From NCBI GenBank assembly GCA_943371875.1, contig CALRWM010000001.1:79409-143408 (forward strand): a stretch of 64,000 nucleotides of DNA. Direction: 5' to 3'. Made by a program: the position numbers and the translations under genes. The notes beneath the pieces are model-generated. The model had not been told where the DNA came from, searched no databases, and saw only the letters and a program-made list of their open reading frames with translations. This stretch comes from Prosthecobacter debontii. GTDB lineage: Bacteria; Verrucomicrobiota; Verrucomicrobiia; Verrucomicrobiales; Verrucomicrobiaceae. Each line of letters starts with the position of its first letter. Within the stretch, counting starts at the first letter, position 1. Positions 1-9,204 of this stretch are shown here, one piece after another.

Positions 1-129
1 CGCACAGGCTCCAACCGCATCGTAGTCTTCGACGGCAATCCCGAACGCCACACGGGCGAAATCTTCAAGGTGCGCGTCGCTGAAGCCGGACACTTCACCT
101 TGTTTGGCGATCCCGTGCTGCATGCATGA
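1..129 (+). CDS. miaB: C-terminal TRAM domain of tRNA methylthiotransferase MiaB (partial, runs off window start)
   Basis: Frame 1 reads RTGSNRIVVFDGNPERHTGEIFKVRVAEAGHFTLFGDPVLHA*, matching MiaB C-terminal TRAM pattern (GRT.N..V.F.G ... V.I...TL.G); TGA overlaps ATG of next gene (ATGA 126-129). Confidence 0.7.
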   Translation, partial: RTGSNRIVVFDGNPERHTGEIFKVRVAEAGHFTLFGDPVLHA

Positions 130-635
130 GCGCAGCGCTGCAAGTCGAACTGCGCCCGCTCACTCGTGAGCATGCCCCCGCGTTTTGCCAGCTGGTCATA
201 GCCCTGGCCGAGTTCGAAAAGCTGACTCCGCCGGATGAGACCGCTCAGGCACGCCTTGTCGAGGATGCCCTGGGCGCAAAGCCGCGCATCGAAGTCTGGC
301 TCGCGTTTGTAAACGAGAACGTGGCTCCCTGCGGCTACATGATTCTCGTGGAGACCTATTCAAGCTTTCTCGCGCTGCCGACCCTCTATCTCGAAGACCT
401 CTTTGTCCTCCCCGAGCGCCGCAAAGCCGGCGTGGGCGGCTCCTTGCTCACAAAGGTGGTAAGCCTCGCGCATGAGCGCGGCTGCGGCCGCGTGGAGTGG
501 ACGGCGCTCGATTGGAACGTGAACGCCCAACAAGTCTATGAGCAGCGCATCGGTGCCAAACGCATGAGCGAGTGGCTGCTCTACCGCATGACGCGCGAAG
601 ACATGCAGCGCCTCCTCGACCGCGACGCGTCCTAG
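126..635 (+). CDS. GNAT family N-acetyltransferase (spermidine/diamine acetyltransferase-like)
   Basis: LYLEDLFVLPERRKAGVGGSLL acetyl-CoA motif A, GCGRVEWTALDWNVNAQQVYE. Confidence 0.9.
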   Translation: MSAALQVELRPLTREHAPAFCQLVIALAEFEKLTPPDETAQARLVEDALGAKPRIEVWLAFVNENVAPCGYMILVETYSSFLALPTLYLEDLFVLPERRKAGVGGSLLTKVVSLAHERGCGRVEWTALDWNVNAQQVYEQRIGAKRMSEWLLYRMTREDMQRLLDRDAS

Positions 636-1558
636 AAGGACATCGTCGGCACGTCGATCAGGGAATAGACCTCAACAGGATCAGGCTGCCCCTTCACCGG
701 ATGGACGCCGGCGTTTTGGTACAGTTGCAGACCTTCCGGCCAGCCATTGAGAAACGGCGCACCAGCGAGCACAGGCACCTGCAGCTTGCGGGTCAGACTC
801 TCGATGCGGAATGTCACGTTCACCGCTTCACCCACAGCGGTGTTCACTCCACGCCCCATGGCACCCAGGGCCACATCACCAATGTTCAGGCCGATGTGGC
901 AATGAACTTCCAGGTTCATGTTCTCCTTCAGCCATTTGCGCTTGGGAGATTCACTGGAATCAGGACTGCTGAGAATCTTGGCGGCCTCGGTGGCCTTGAT
1001 TCGGGAACTGATGTCATCTCCCGGCCAGTAGGCAAAGACACCGTCGCCGATGAACTTGTCGATGATGGCATCGCGGGTTTTCAGAACCTTCTCGCACTGC
1101 GCATACCACTCACGCAGCATGGCAGCCACTTCCTCAGCGCTGAGCTGGGAGGAGATGGTGGTGAAGTTGCGCAAATCGCCCACGAGCAAGGTGGCGCGCA
1201 CGGTCTTGACCGGCAGCGCGATGGTATGCAGCGACTGCGTGCTGACGTTTCCCGACTCGCTCGGCGGGCGTTCTTCGTCCTGGCTGTCAAAAATAAAGGT
1301 GCTGGTGCCAAACTGCACGCGATCACCATGCCGCAGAGCCCGCGCCGTGGTCACTGCCACATCGTTGACGAAACTGCCGTTCGCGCTGCCAAGATCAGAA
1401 ACCCAGAACAGCTGCCCATCCCGCCGGATCGTGGCGTGCTGGCGTGAGACACCACCGTCCACCAGCCTGATGCTGGCATCAGGGCTGCGCCCGACCAGAT
1501 TGAAGTCCTCGAGAGTGATCTCGAGTTCTTTCTCCAGTGATTTGAGTGTGGCGCCCAT
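632..1558 (-). CDS. FHA domain + class III adenylate/guanylate cyclase
   Basis: N-terminal FHA (VGRSPDASIRL..GVSRQHA..DLGSANGSFVN); cyclase motifs GDLRNFT, KFIGDGV, VGEAVNVTFRIE. Confidence 0.9.
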   Translation of the reverse strand: MGATLKSLEKELEITLEDFNLVGRSPDASIRLVDGGVSRQHATIRRDGQLFWVSDLGSANGSFVNDVAVTTARALRHGDRVQFGTSTFIFDSQDEERPPSESGNVSTQSLHTIALPVKTVRATLLVGDLRNFTTISSQLSAEEVAAMLREWYAQCEKVLKTRDAIIDKFIGDGVFAYWPGDDISSRIKATEAAKILSSPDSSESPKRKWLKENMNLEVHCHIGLNIGDVALGAMGRGVNTAVGEAVNVTFRIESLTRKLQVPVLAGAPFLNGWPEGLQLYQNAGVHPVKGQPDPVEVYSLIDVPTMSF

Positions 1559-1758
1559 GTGGGTAGTTAAAAGGAATGCTCTTTTGAAGCAATTTACACG
1601 CCGTAAGTCAAGCGCGGTCGTCTTCCTGCTACAAGGTTTTTCGCAGGTTCTTTCGAAAGCGTTGCGGCATCTTGAAAATCAACTCTTAAATTCTGCCGGC
1701 TTTATGGCTTGGCGCGACGATATATTTGCCATTGCCGCAGGCTCCTCCACCATGGTTC

Positions 1759-2490
1759 ATGCATCGGTTTTTTAGCAGACGAATCAGTGTCGTCGTCTTC
1801 CTGACTTTTTGGGCTGTCGCCAGCATCGTGCGTGCCCATGTAGTGCCTAATATGACGGTCGAGGTGGAATTCGACTCCGCAGGCGGCTACACGCTGCGCA
1901 TCAATGTCGATCCACGCACCTTTCTCGCCTCCGATCCCACCTCCCTGCCGCCCGTTCCGGCCTCATGGTACCTGGAGCAGACGCCCGAGCAGGTCGCCGC
2001 GACCCATGAAAAAGCGCAGCAATATCTCGCCAGTTCGCTGGGGTTGCTGTTCAATAAGCAAAAGACCCCGCTGCCTGCCTGCAAAATTCAGGCCATGGAC
2101 GGTGCTGACAACACCCCCCTCAAAGCAGACACCCAGGAAGTACACCTGCTCGCCACAGCCAGCGGCCAGTTGCCGGCGAATTCCACCACCTTCCAGGTCG
2201 ATTTTGCCAAAGATGCCAACACCAGCCTGATCCTGCTGCACTCCATGGCAGGAAAGACCGAACTTCGTCCCCAGGTGATATTCCCCGGAGAGACCAGCCG
2301 TCCCTTCCAGCTCCACGTGGTCGCAGCAGCAGTCGCGCCAGCCGACGCTCCGGCATCCAAAACCAACAACATCTATCTCATCATCACAATCTCCGTGGCT
2401 TGCATCGTGATCATCACCGGCTGGCTGCTGCTCAGCCACTACCGTCACCACCACCGTGCGCACCGAAAGCCCGGTGCTGGAAAAATGTGA
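1759..2490 (+). CDS. Hypothetical exported protein with C-terminal transmembrane anchor and His/Arg-rich tail
   Basis: Signal-like N-terminus (..VASIVRA|HVVP), hydrophobic IYLIITISVACIVIITGWLLL followed by HYRHHHRAHRK; start chosen at second Met of ORF 1726..2490. Confidence 0.65.
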   Translation: MHRFFSRRISVVVFLTFWAVASIVRAHVVPNMTVEVEFDSAGGYTLRINVDPRTFLASDPTSLPPVPASWYLEQTPEQVAATHEKAQQYLASSLGLLFNKQKTPLPACKIQAMDGADNTPLKADTQEVHLLATASGQLPANSTTFQVDFAKDANTSLILLHSMAGKTELRPQVIFPGETSRPFQLHVVAAAVAPADAPASKTNNIYLIITISVACIVIITGWLLLSHYRHHHRAHRKPGAGKM

Positions 2491-2542
2491 AAAACTACCT
2501 CTTTCATGCCTCCGAAGCGGGGTTAATCCTGTCCCCCGCCGC

Positions 2543-5500
2543 ATGTCAGATTCCTTCGTCCATCTTCATCTCCACACCGAATATTCGCTGCTAGACGGCG
2601 CTGTGCGCATCGATGCGCTCATGAAACGCGTGAAGGAGCTGGAAATGCCTGCCGTGGCCATGACCGACCATGGCAATCTCTACGGCGCCATCGACTTCTA
2701 CATGGCCGCCAAAAAGGCCAAGGTGAAGAGCATCATCGGCTGCGAGGCCTACCTCGCTCCCGGTTCCATGATGGACAAAAACGAAGTGCCGGGCCGCAAG
2801 CGCTCCTCGCATCTCACCCTGCTCGCCTCCAGCAACGAAGGCTTCGAAAATCTCTCCAAGCTGATCACCAAGGGCCACCTCGACGGCCAGTGGTACAAGC
2901 CCCGCGTGGACAAAGACGCCCTGCGCGAGCACGCCAAGGGCCTCATCTGCCTCAGCGGCTGTATCAACGGCGAAATCAACGAACTTCTCCTCTCCGACCG
3001 CAAGGACGAGGCGGAAAAAAGCCTGCTGGAGTTTCGCGACATCTTCGGCCCCGAAAACTTCTACCTCGAAATCCAGGACCACAACATGGAGGCCCAGCGC
3101 AAAAGCGCCCGGCAGATGATCGAGTGGGGCAAGCAGTACGATCTCAAGACCGTCGCCACCAACGACGTCCATTTCCTCAATCGCAGCGATCATGAGTCCC
3201 ACGACATCATGATCTGCATCGGCACCGGCGCCAGCATCTACGATCAGAACCGCATGACCTACTCCCCGGAGGTCTATTTCAAGACCGCCGAGGAAATGCG
3301 CGCCCTGTTCTCCGAAGTGCCCGAGGCCTGCGATGCCACCCTCGAAATCGCCGAGCGCTGCGATCTCAAGATCCATCTCGATTCCACCAGCATCGAGCGC
3401 TATCCGCAGTACCCCATGCCCGACGGCGGGGATCGCAATGAATACCTGCGCAAGCTGACGATGGACGGCCTCGAACTTCGCTATGGCCGCGATCGTGCGC
3501 TCAATGACGAGGTGCTGCATGAGCGCATGGAGGTCGAGCTCGCCCTGCTGAAGGAGAAAAACTTCACCAGCTATTTCCTCATCGTCTGGGACTTCATCAA
3601 CTGGGCCCGCGAGCACGACATCCCCGTCGGCCCCGGTCGTGGTTCCGCCGCCGGATCACTCGTCGCCTTCTGTCTTGGCATCACCGACATCGACCCGCTC
3701 CGCTTCGAACTCGTGTTCGAACGATTCCTCAATCCCGAGCGTGTCAGTCCTCCCGATATCGATATTGACTTCTGCCAGACACGTCGTCCTGAGGTCATTC
3801 AATACGTCCGCGAAAAATACGGCGACCTCAGCGTCTGCCATATCATCACCTTCGGAACCATGGGCGCCAAGTCGGTCATCCGCGACGTCGGTCGCGTCAT
3901 GGGCTGGAGCTACGGCGACAGCGACGCGCTGTCGAAGATGATTCCGAACGAGTTGAACATCGACCTGGAGGAGTCGGTGAAGAAAAATCCCGATCTCGCC
4001 GCGAAGCTCGAGTCCGACGGCAATGCTCAGGAACTCTGGCGGCATGCCACCTTCCTCGAAGGCCTCACGCGCGGCACGGGCGTTCACGCCGCCGGTGTCG
4101 TCATCGGTGATCGCCGTCTCGACAACTTCATCGCCCTCACGCGAGACAAGGAAGACGCCATCCTCTCGCAGTACGCGATGAAGCCGCTCACCGAGCTGGG
4201 CATGCTCAAGATGGACTTCCTCGGCCTTAAAACGCTGACGGTGATCCACGAAGCCGAGTACTGGATCCACAAGCGCGTCCCCGGCTTCAGAGTGGCCAAT
4301 GCGCCCCTCGAAGACACCAAGACCTTCGATCTCATCAAACGCGGCGAAACGGTCGCCGTCTTCCAGATGGAATCTGGCGGCATGGTCAACACCTGTAAGC
4401 AGCTCGGTCCTGATACCATCGAGGAAATCATCGCTATTCTGGCGCTGTATCGTCCCGGCCCGATGCAGTTTATTCCAGACTACATCAAGCGTAAGAAGGG
4501 TGAGGAGAAAGTGGACTATCCACATCCGCTGCTGGAGAAGATCTCCAAGGAGACCTACGGCATTCTGGTCTATCAGGAGCAGGTCATGCAGGCCGCGAAC
4601 TTGCTCGCCGGCTTCTCCCTCGGACAAGCTGACTTGCTCCGCCGAGCGATGGGTAAAAAAGACGCCGCCGAGATGGCCCGCCAGCGTCTCATCTTCGTGG
4701 AAGGCTGCCTCAAGACGAACGACATCCAGGCAAAGCTCGCGAACTCCATCTTCGACTTGCTCGAAAAATTCGCGCAATACGGCTTCAACAAGTCGCACTC
4801 CGCCGCCTACGGAATCGTCACCTATCGCACGGCCTATCTGAAGGCAAACTACCCCGTCGAATTCATGGCGGCGGTGCTCAGCTATGAAATCAGCAATCCT
4901 GACAAGATCGCCAACTTCGTCAGCGAGTGCTTCGAAATGGGCATCAAGGTGCTGCCGCCGGACGTCAACAAGTCCTCGCTCAAGTTCGCTCCTGAGCGGT
5001 TTGAAACCGAAGAGGATGTGCCAAACGCCATCCGCTACGGCCTCAGTGCCATCAAGAACGTCGGGGAAGGCGCCATGGAGGCCGCCATTGCCGAACGTGA
5101 GAAGAACGGCCTCTACACCAGTCTCGAAGATTTCGCCGCACGCCTCGACAACCGCGCCGTGAACAAGAAGCTCATGGAATCCCTCGTCAAAGCAGGGGCC
5201 TTTGACTTCACCAAAGAGCCGCGCGCCGTGATGTTCGCCAAGCTCGAGCAGGTGCTCGCTTCCGCCGCCTCCATGCAGAAGGACAAAAAAGCAGGCCAGG
5301 GCGGCCTCTTTGATGACTTCGATCTCGCGCAGCCCAAATCCAAAAAGAACGAAGCGGCCGCGCCCTCCATCGTGTGGACTACAGATGAGGTTCTCTCCTT
5401 TGAAAAAGAACTGCTCGGCTTCTACGTCAGCGGCCATCCGCTGGACAGCTACCGCGGGCATTTTGATACGTCGAAGCATGCCAAGATCGCCGCCATTGAG

Positions 5501-6058
5501 GAGATCGACACCAAGGAGAAAGCGCAGACCATTTCCATCGCCGGCATTATGAGCCAGCTCGAAGTGCGCTACTCCAAGCGCGACAACCGTCCCTTCGCCA
5601 CCTGCAAGTTCGAAGATTTCACCGGCCAGGTCGAGATGATGTGCTGGAGTGACGACTACGAAAAGCTCAAGGATGTGCTCGCCGACGGTGCCGTGCTCTC
5701 TCTGCGTGTGCGCGTCAGCAAAGACCAGAAGACCGACGGCAACCGCGTCACTCTCAATGGTGCTGTGCCGCTCAAGCCCAAGGCCGCCAAACCGCGCAAT
5801 GCCGGCGACCCCGATCCTTCCGAGCCACCACCGCCAAAGCCACCCGTGCCACCAAGGCCGGTGGTCTTAAAGCTCAACGGCACGCATGATGAAACAGATC
5901 TTGAGCGCATTCATGAGGTGTTGATCGCGCATCCCGGCACGCTGCCTGTCTTTTTTGAAATCACCAAGAATGGTTGCAAAGCCCGGCTCGAACTCGACGA
6001 AAGCTTTCGAGTAACGCCAAGCCCGGATCTGCGCCGCGCGCTGACCATCTGGCTGTGA
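2543..6058 (+). CDS. dnaE: DNA polymerase III alpha subunit
   Basis: PHP motif FVHLHLHTEYSLLDG, PGRGSAAGS, catalytic PDIDIDF, KMDFLGL, GILVYQEQ, YGFNKSH; start at MSDSF (ATG 2543). Confidence 0.98.
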   Translation: MSDSFVHLHLHTEYSLLDGAVRIDALMKRVKELEMPAVAMTDHGNLYGAIDFYMAAKKAKVKSIIGCEAYLAPGSMMDKNEVPGRKRSSHLTLLASSNEGFENLSKLITKGHLDGQWYKPRVDKDALREHAKGLICLSGCINGEINELLLSDRKDEAEKSLLEFRDIFGPENFYLEIQDHNMEAQRKSARQMIEWGKQYDLKTVATNDVHFLNRSDHESHDIMICIGTGASIYDQNRMTYSPEVYFKTAEEMRALFSEVPEACDATLEIAERCDLKIHLDSTSIERYPQYPMPDGGDRNEYLRKLTMDGLELRYGRDRALNDEVLHERMEVELALLKEKNFTSYFLIVWDFINWAREHDIPVGPGRGSAAGSLVAFCLGITDIDPLRFELVFERFLNPERVSPPDIDIDFCQTRRPEVIQYVREKYGDLSVCHIITFGTMGAKSVIRDVGRVMGWSYGDSDALSKMIPNELNIDLEESVKKNPDLAAKLESDGNAQELWRHATFLEGLTRGTGVHAAGVVIGDRRLDNFIALTRDKEDAILSQYAMKPLTELGMLKMDFLGLKTLTVIHEAEYWIHKRVPGFRVANAPLEDTKTFDLIKRGETVAVFQMESGGMVNTCKQLGPDTIEEIIAILALYRPGPMQFIPDYIKRKKGEEKVDYPHPLLEKISKETYGILVYQEQVMQAANLLAGFSLGQADLLRRAMGKKDAAEMARQRLIFVEGCLKTNDIQAKLANSIFDLLEKFAQYGFNKSHSAAYGIVTYRTAYLKANYPVEFMAAVLSYEISNPDKIANFVSECFEMGIKVLPPDVNKSSLKFAPERFETEEDVPNAIRYGLSAIKNVGEGAMEAAIAEREKNGLYTSLEDFAARLDNRAVNKKLMESLVKAGAFDFTKEPRAVMFAKLEQVLASAASMQKDKKAGQGGLFDDFDLAQPKSKKNEAAAPSIVWTTDEVLSFEKELLGFYVSGHPLDSYRGHFDTSKHAKIAAIEEIDTKEKAQTISIAGIMSQLEVRYSKRDNRPFATCKFEDFTGQVEMMCWSDDYEKLKDVLADGAVLSLRVRVSKDQKTDGNRVTLNGAVPLKPKAAKPRNAGDPDPSEPPPPKPPVPPRPVVLKLNGTHDETDLERIHEVLIAHPGTLPVFFEITKNGCKARLELDESFRVTPSPDLRRALTIWL

Positions 6059-6065
6059 GCAGTCT

Positions 6066-6242
6066 CGCACTTCTCACACTCACTGGGAATCTGCAAACAG
6101 CGTATGGCACGGGTATTGTAGCTCGGAGCCGGAGCGAAGCGGAGACAGCCGAAGGCAATTCCGATACCGAGTCGCGTCCTTCGCGGAATCGGCACTCCGC
6201 GCGACATCGCCGCATGTCAACGCTGGGAGTGTGAGAAGTGCG
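6066..6242. repeat. ~180-bp palindromic intergenic element (REP/BIME- or MITE-like) with 16-bp perfect terminal inverted repeats
   Basis: cgcacttctcacactc (6066-6081) versus gagtgtgagaagtgcg (6227-6242); internal hairpin gacat..atgtc; 33-nt segment 6126-6158 recurs inverted at 26827-26859 (32/33). Confidence 0.8.
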
Positions 6243-6244
6243 GG

Positions 6245-6898
6245 CTACTCCAGCGGCACCGCCACCTTCTCGCCCAGAAACTTGGGCTGTGTGCCGAGCA
6301 TGTTCACATCCAGTACGGCTTTGACGCAGGCCAGTTTCTCCCGCAAAAACGTCTTCACGGAAAGTGCCACCGGCACGTCCTTGGCATCCAGCCCGTACGC
6401 TTCGATTCCAAACGCACGCGCCAGATAAATGGCCCGCGCATTGTGAAATCGTTGTGAAACAAAAATCATGCGCTGCTGACCAAAGACCTCCTTGGCCCGC
6501 ACCACCGAGTCCAGCGTACGGAATCCGGCATAGTCGCACACCACCTTCTCCGCCGGCACTCCCATCTGCATCAGCATGCGCTTCATGTCCGTAGGCTCAT
6601 CGTAGCCTTGCGCACCGTTGTCACCGCTCACGATCAGCGCCTTCACCCTGCCCGCTTTGAAAAGCGCCGCCGCAGCCTCCATGCGCGGGAGAAAGAACAG
6701 ATTGGCCCTGCCGTCAGCAAGTCTTGCTGACGTGCCTAGCACCACCGCCACGGGAGCCTCAGGCACCCCTTCAACCGCATCAAAGCACCGACCTTGCGCG
6801 CTTCGTTCGACCCATCCTTCGCAGCCAAAGACGAAACCAAGCCCCGCCACGGCCAAAACAGCGACCCACACCCACCGGCGCTTGAGGATTGTCTTCAT
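6245..6898 (-). CDS. sanA: SanA/YdcF (DUF218) family envelope protein
   Basis: N-terminal [23 protein letters not shown]...[36 protein letters not shown]. Confidence 0.88.
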   Translation of the reverse strand: MKTILKRRWVWVAVLAVAGLGFVFGCEGWVERSAQGRCFDAVEGVPEAPVAVVLGTSARLADGRANLFFLPRMEAAAALFKAGRVKALIVSGDNGAQGYDEPTDMKRMLMQMGVPAEKVVCDYAGFRTLDSVVRAKEVFGQQRMIFVSQRFHNARAIYLARAFGIEAYGLDAKDVPVALSVKTFLREKLACVKAVLDVNMLGTQPKFLGEKVAVPLE

Positions 6899-6990
6899 GC
6901 CAAACTCCTCCCGCCACTTCACACAGCCTGCAAGCCGCTGCTTCTATCATTTTGCCAAAACCCCATTCACGGCACACTATCGGGAAACAC

Positions 6991-7569
6991 ATGCGCCCCA
7001 ACCGCCCCGAACAACCCGTCGCCCGCCAGAACCGCCACTCCCGTTCTGACAACCACGTGCGTGTCTATGAAGAAGGAGACATCCCCGCGATTCTCGAAGG
7101 CAAGACCAGCCCCCTCGTCCTGATCCTCGACTGCGTTCAGGACCCGCACAATCTCGGTGCCTGCCTGCGCACAGCCGATGCCGCAGGTGTCTGCGCCGTC
7201 ATCATGCCCAAGGACAAAACCGCGCCCATCACCGAAACCGTCGTCCGCGTGGCCTGCGGCGGTGCGGAAAACATCCCGCTCATCCGCGTTACCAATCTGG
7301 TGCGCGCCATGGACAAGCTCAAGGAGCTTGGCATCTGGCTCGTCGGCACTGGTGATGAAGCCACCCAGAGCCTCTATGATCTCGATCTCAAAGGCGGCAT
7401 CGGCATCGTCATGGGCGCCGAAGGCCCCGGCATGCGCCGCCTCACCGGCGAGCACTGCGACTTCCTCGTCAAGATTCCCATGGGCGGTAAAGTGGATTGC
7501 CTCAACGTCTCCGTCGCCACCGGCGTGTGTTTGTTTGAATGTGTCCGGCAGCGTCAGCCCAAAAAATGA
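6991..7569 (+). CDS. rlmB: SpoU/TrmH family 2'-O-methyltransferase, RlmB-like, lacking the N-terminal substrate-binding domain
   Basis: [61 protein letters not shown] motifs; 192 aa. Confidence 0.85.
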   Translation: MRPNRPEQPVARQNRHSRSDNHVRVYEEGDIPAILEGKTSPLVLILDCVQDPHNLGACLRTADAAGVCAVIMPKDKTAPITETVVRVACGGAENIPLIRVTNLVRAMDKLKELGIWLVGTGDEATQSLYDLDLKGGIGIVMGAEGPGMRRLTGEHCDFLVKIPMGGKVDCLNVSVATGVCLFECVRQRQPKK

Positions 7570-8300
7570 GTGCGGAGCGAAACATCGTCGTGCTCACCGG
7601 CGCAGGCATGTCCGCCGAATCCGGCGTTCCGACGTTTCGCGGTGTGGATGGTCTTTGGGAAGGCCATCGCATTGAAGAGGTTGCCTCGCCTGAAGGTTTC
7701 GCGCGCGATCCCGAACTCGTTCATCACTTTTACAATCTGCGTCGTGCCGCGTTGAGCACTGTGGAGCCCAATGCAGGTCATCTTGCTCTCGCCCTTCTGG
7801 AGCGCGAATGGCAGGGCCGGTTTCTCCTCGTCACCCAAAACGTGGACGATCTGCACGAACGCGCTGGCAGTGAAAAACTCATCCACATGCACGGCGAGCT
7901 CCTCAAGGCCCGCTGCGAACTCTGCGACGCGGTGTTGTCCTGGAGCAAAGACTTGTCATCCGGCACACGCTGTCGTGCCTGCGGCGAGATCGGCGGCATG
8001 CGCCCGCACATCGTTTGGTTTGGCGAGTTCCCATTCGAGATGGAAACCATCATGAATGCTTTGAAGAGCGCTGATATTTTTCTCTGCATCGGCACCTCCG
8101 GAGTGGTGTATCCCGCCGCCGGCTTTGCCCAGACAGCTGCGCAAAACCGTTCCTGCCGCCTCGTCGAATTCAACATCGAAAGCACCGAGATCTCACGCCA
8201 GTTCCGCGAGCGCGTCATCGGCCCTGTGTCCGTGGAACTGCCCAAGTTCGTTGAGCAGCTTCTGTCGGACACGCACAGACAGGCCTGGTTAGAACGGTGA
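7566..8300 (+). CDS. cobB: NAD-dependent protein deacylase (class III sirtuin)
   Basis: [40 protein letters not shown], CxxC/Cxx[21 protein letters not shown]; ATGA overlap with rlmB. Confidence 0.95.
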   Translation: MSAERNIVVLTGAGMSAESGVPTFRGVDGLWEGHRIEEVASPEGFARDPELVHHFYNLRRAALSTVEPNAGHLALALLEREWQGRFLLVTQNVDDLHERAGSEKLIHMHGELLKARCELCDAVLSWSKDLSSGTRCRACGEIGGMRPHIVWFGEFPFEMETIMNALKSADIFLCIGTSGVVYPAAGFAQTAAQNRSCRLVEFNIESTEISRQFRERVIGPVSVELPKFVEQLLSDTHRQAWLER

Positions 8301-9080
8301 TGGGCCCAAGACCAGATCTTGGATATCCCGATCACCTACTGCCGCACTGTCACGACGGCGCGGTGGTGGTCCGTCCGGCCCTCCGGGACCACGACCGCGT
8401 TGATCCGGCTCTTCTGGCGTGTGACCAATCACAATGTCCCAGGTGGCGACGAGTTCCTTGCTCTCGGCGCTCATGGGTTTGAACTCACGAATAACAGAGA
8501 GCCGTTGCTGCTCCGTGCCCATGCTGCGCAGGATGCCGTCGCGGTCATTCTGCGGGATGCCTGCGATGAACAGCTGCGTGGTCAGCATGCTTTTTTCGTT
8601 CTGCTTCACGCGGATGTGGTAGTGCAGCGTGCGGCCCGTGTACAGGCCGGGCAGGATGGTCCGGAAGCGATATTCGCCCTTGGTGTTGGTTTCGATTTTC
8701 CCATAGCCCTGGAACTGCGGGTCGCGCTCCTTGCCCTGCTGCGTTCCCCGGCTGTGGATGTAGCAGCCGTTGTTGTCAGACTGCCAGAGCTCGATCACCG
8801 CATCTTGAATCGGCTTGCCATCCACATTCAGCAGCCGTCCACCGAACTCTGTCACGACCCCGCTCGCAGGAGCTTTCCCGCCGATGATCATCGTGAGATC
8901 ATTGTCCTGATCGAGCGGCAGGTGGTCAGGATAGTACGGCCCTTCCGTCGCGCGCGGCGTCAGTGTGAGCGCCTCGGCATACACGCCGCCGGTGATGATC
9001 CCGCCGGTGGTCAGCAGCAGGCTGTGCAGCAGTTTGCGACGGCTGAGCGGAATGTGAAAGAGGGGAATCGTGGTGTTCAT
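8289..9080 (-). CDS. Intradiol ring-cleavage dioxygenase family protein (protocatechuate 3,4-dioxygenase beta-like) with probable Tat signal
   Basis: SRRKLL Tat-like motif; EGPYYP, ELWQSDNNGCYIH, GEYRFRTILPGLYTGRTLHYH iron-ligand motifs. Confidence 0.88.
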   Translation of the reverse strand: MNTTIPLFHIPLSRRKLLHSLLLTTGGIITGGVYAEALTLTPRATEGPYYPDHLPLDQDNDLTMIIGGKAPASGVVTEFGGRLLNVDGKPIQDAVIELWQSDNNGCYIHSRGTQQGKERDPQFQGYGKIETNTKGEYRFRTILPGLYTGRTLHYHIRVKQNEKSMLTTQLFIAGIPQNDRDGILRSMGTEQQRLSVIREFKPMSAESKELVATWDIVIGHTPEEPDQRGRGPGGPDGPPPRRRDSAAVGDRDIQDLVLGPSPF

Positions 9081-9204
9081 GAGCGGGGTTTTGTTTCCCG
9101 TCAAACCCACCCATCCCATGTTGGTTGCGCGTGAAAAAATTCAGCGCGAGTCAGTGCAGATCGCAGCTGCGAGACTTTGCATCACGATGTTCGCGGAACT
9201 TGTT

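Noticed and set aside
1708-1729. sigma54-like TGGC...TTGC promoter upstream of 1759
   Set aside because: GG-to-GC spacing is 15 nt, not the required 10.
3656-5479. 607-aa antisense ORF inside dnaE; similar long shadows at 2591-3616, 34276-35757, 41543-43030, 43024-44571, 48152-49447, 49924-50994 and 51365-52402
   Set aside because: Antisense shadows of well-conserved genes in high-GC DNA, with no recognisable motifs or plausible composition.
2543-6058. Intein or split DnaE
   Set aside because: Length and motif spacing are normal with no C/S...HN splice motifs; only a Pro-rich linker near the C-terminus.
6440-6460. ttgtgaaa direct repeat resembling Rex half-sites
   Set aside because: It lies inside the sanA coding sequence and is direct rather than palindromic.
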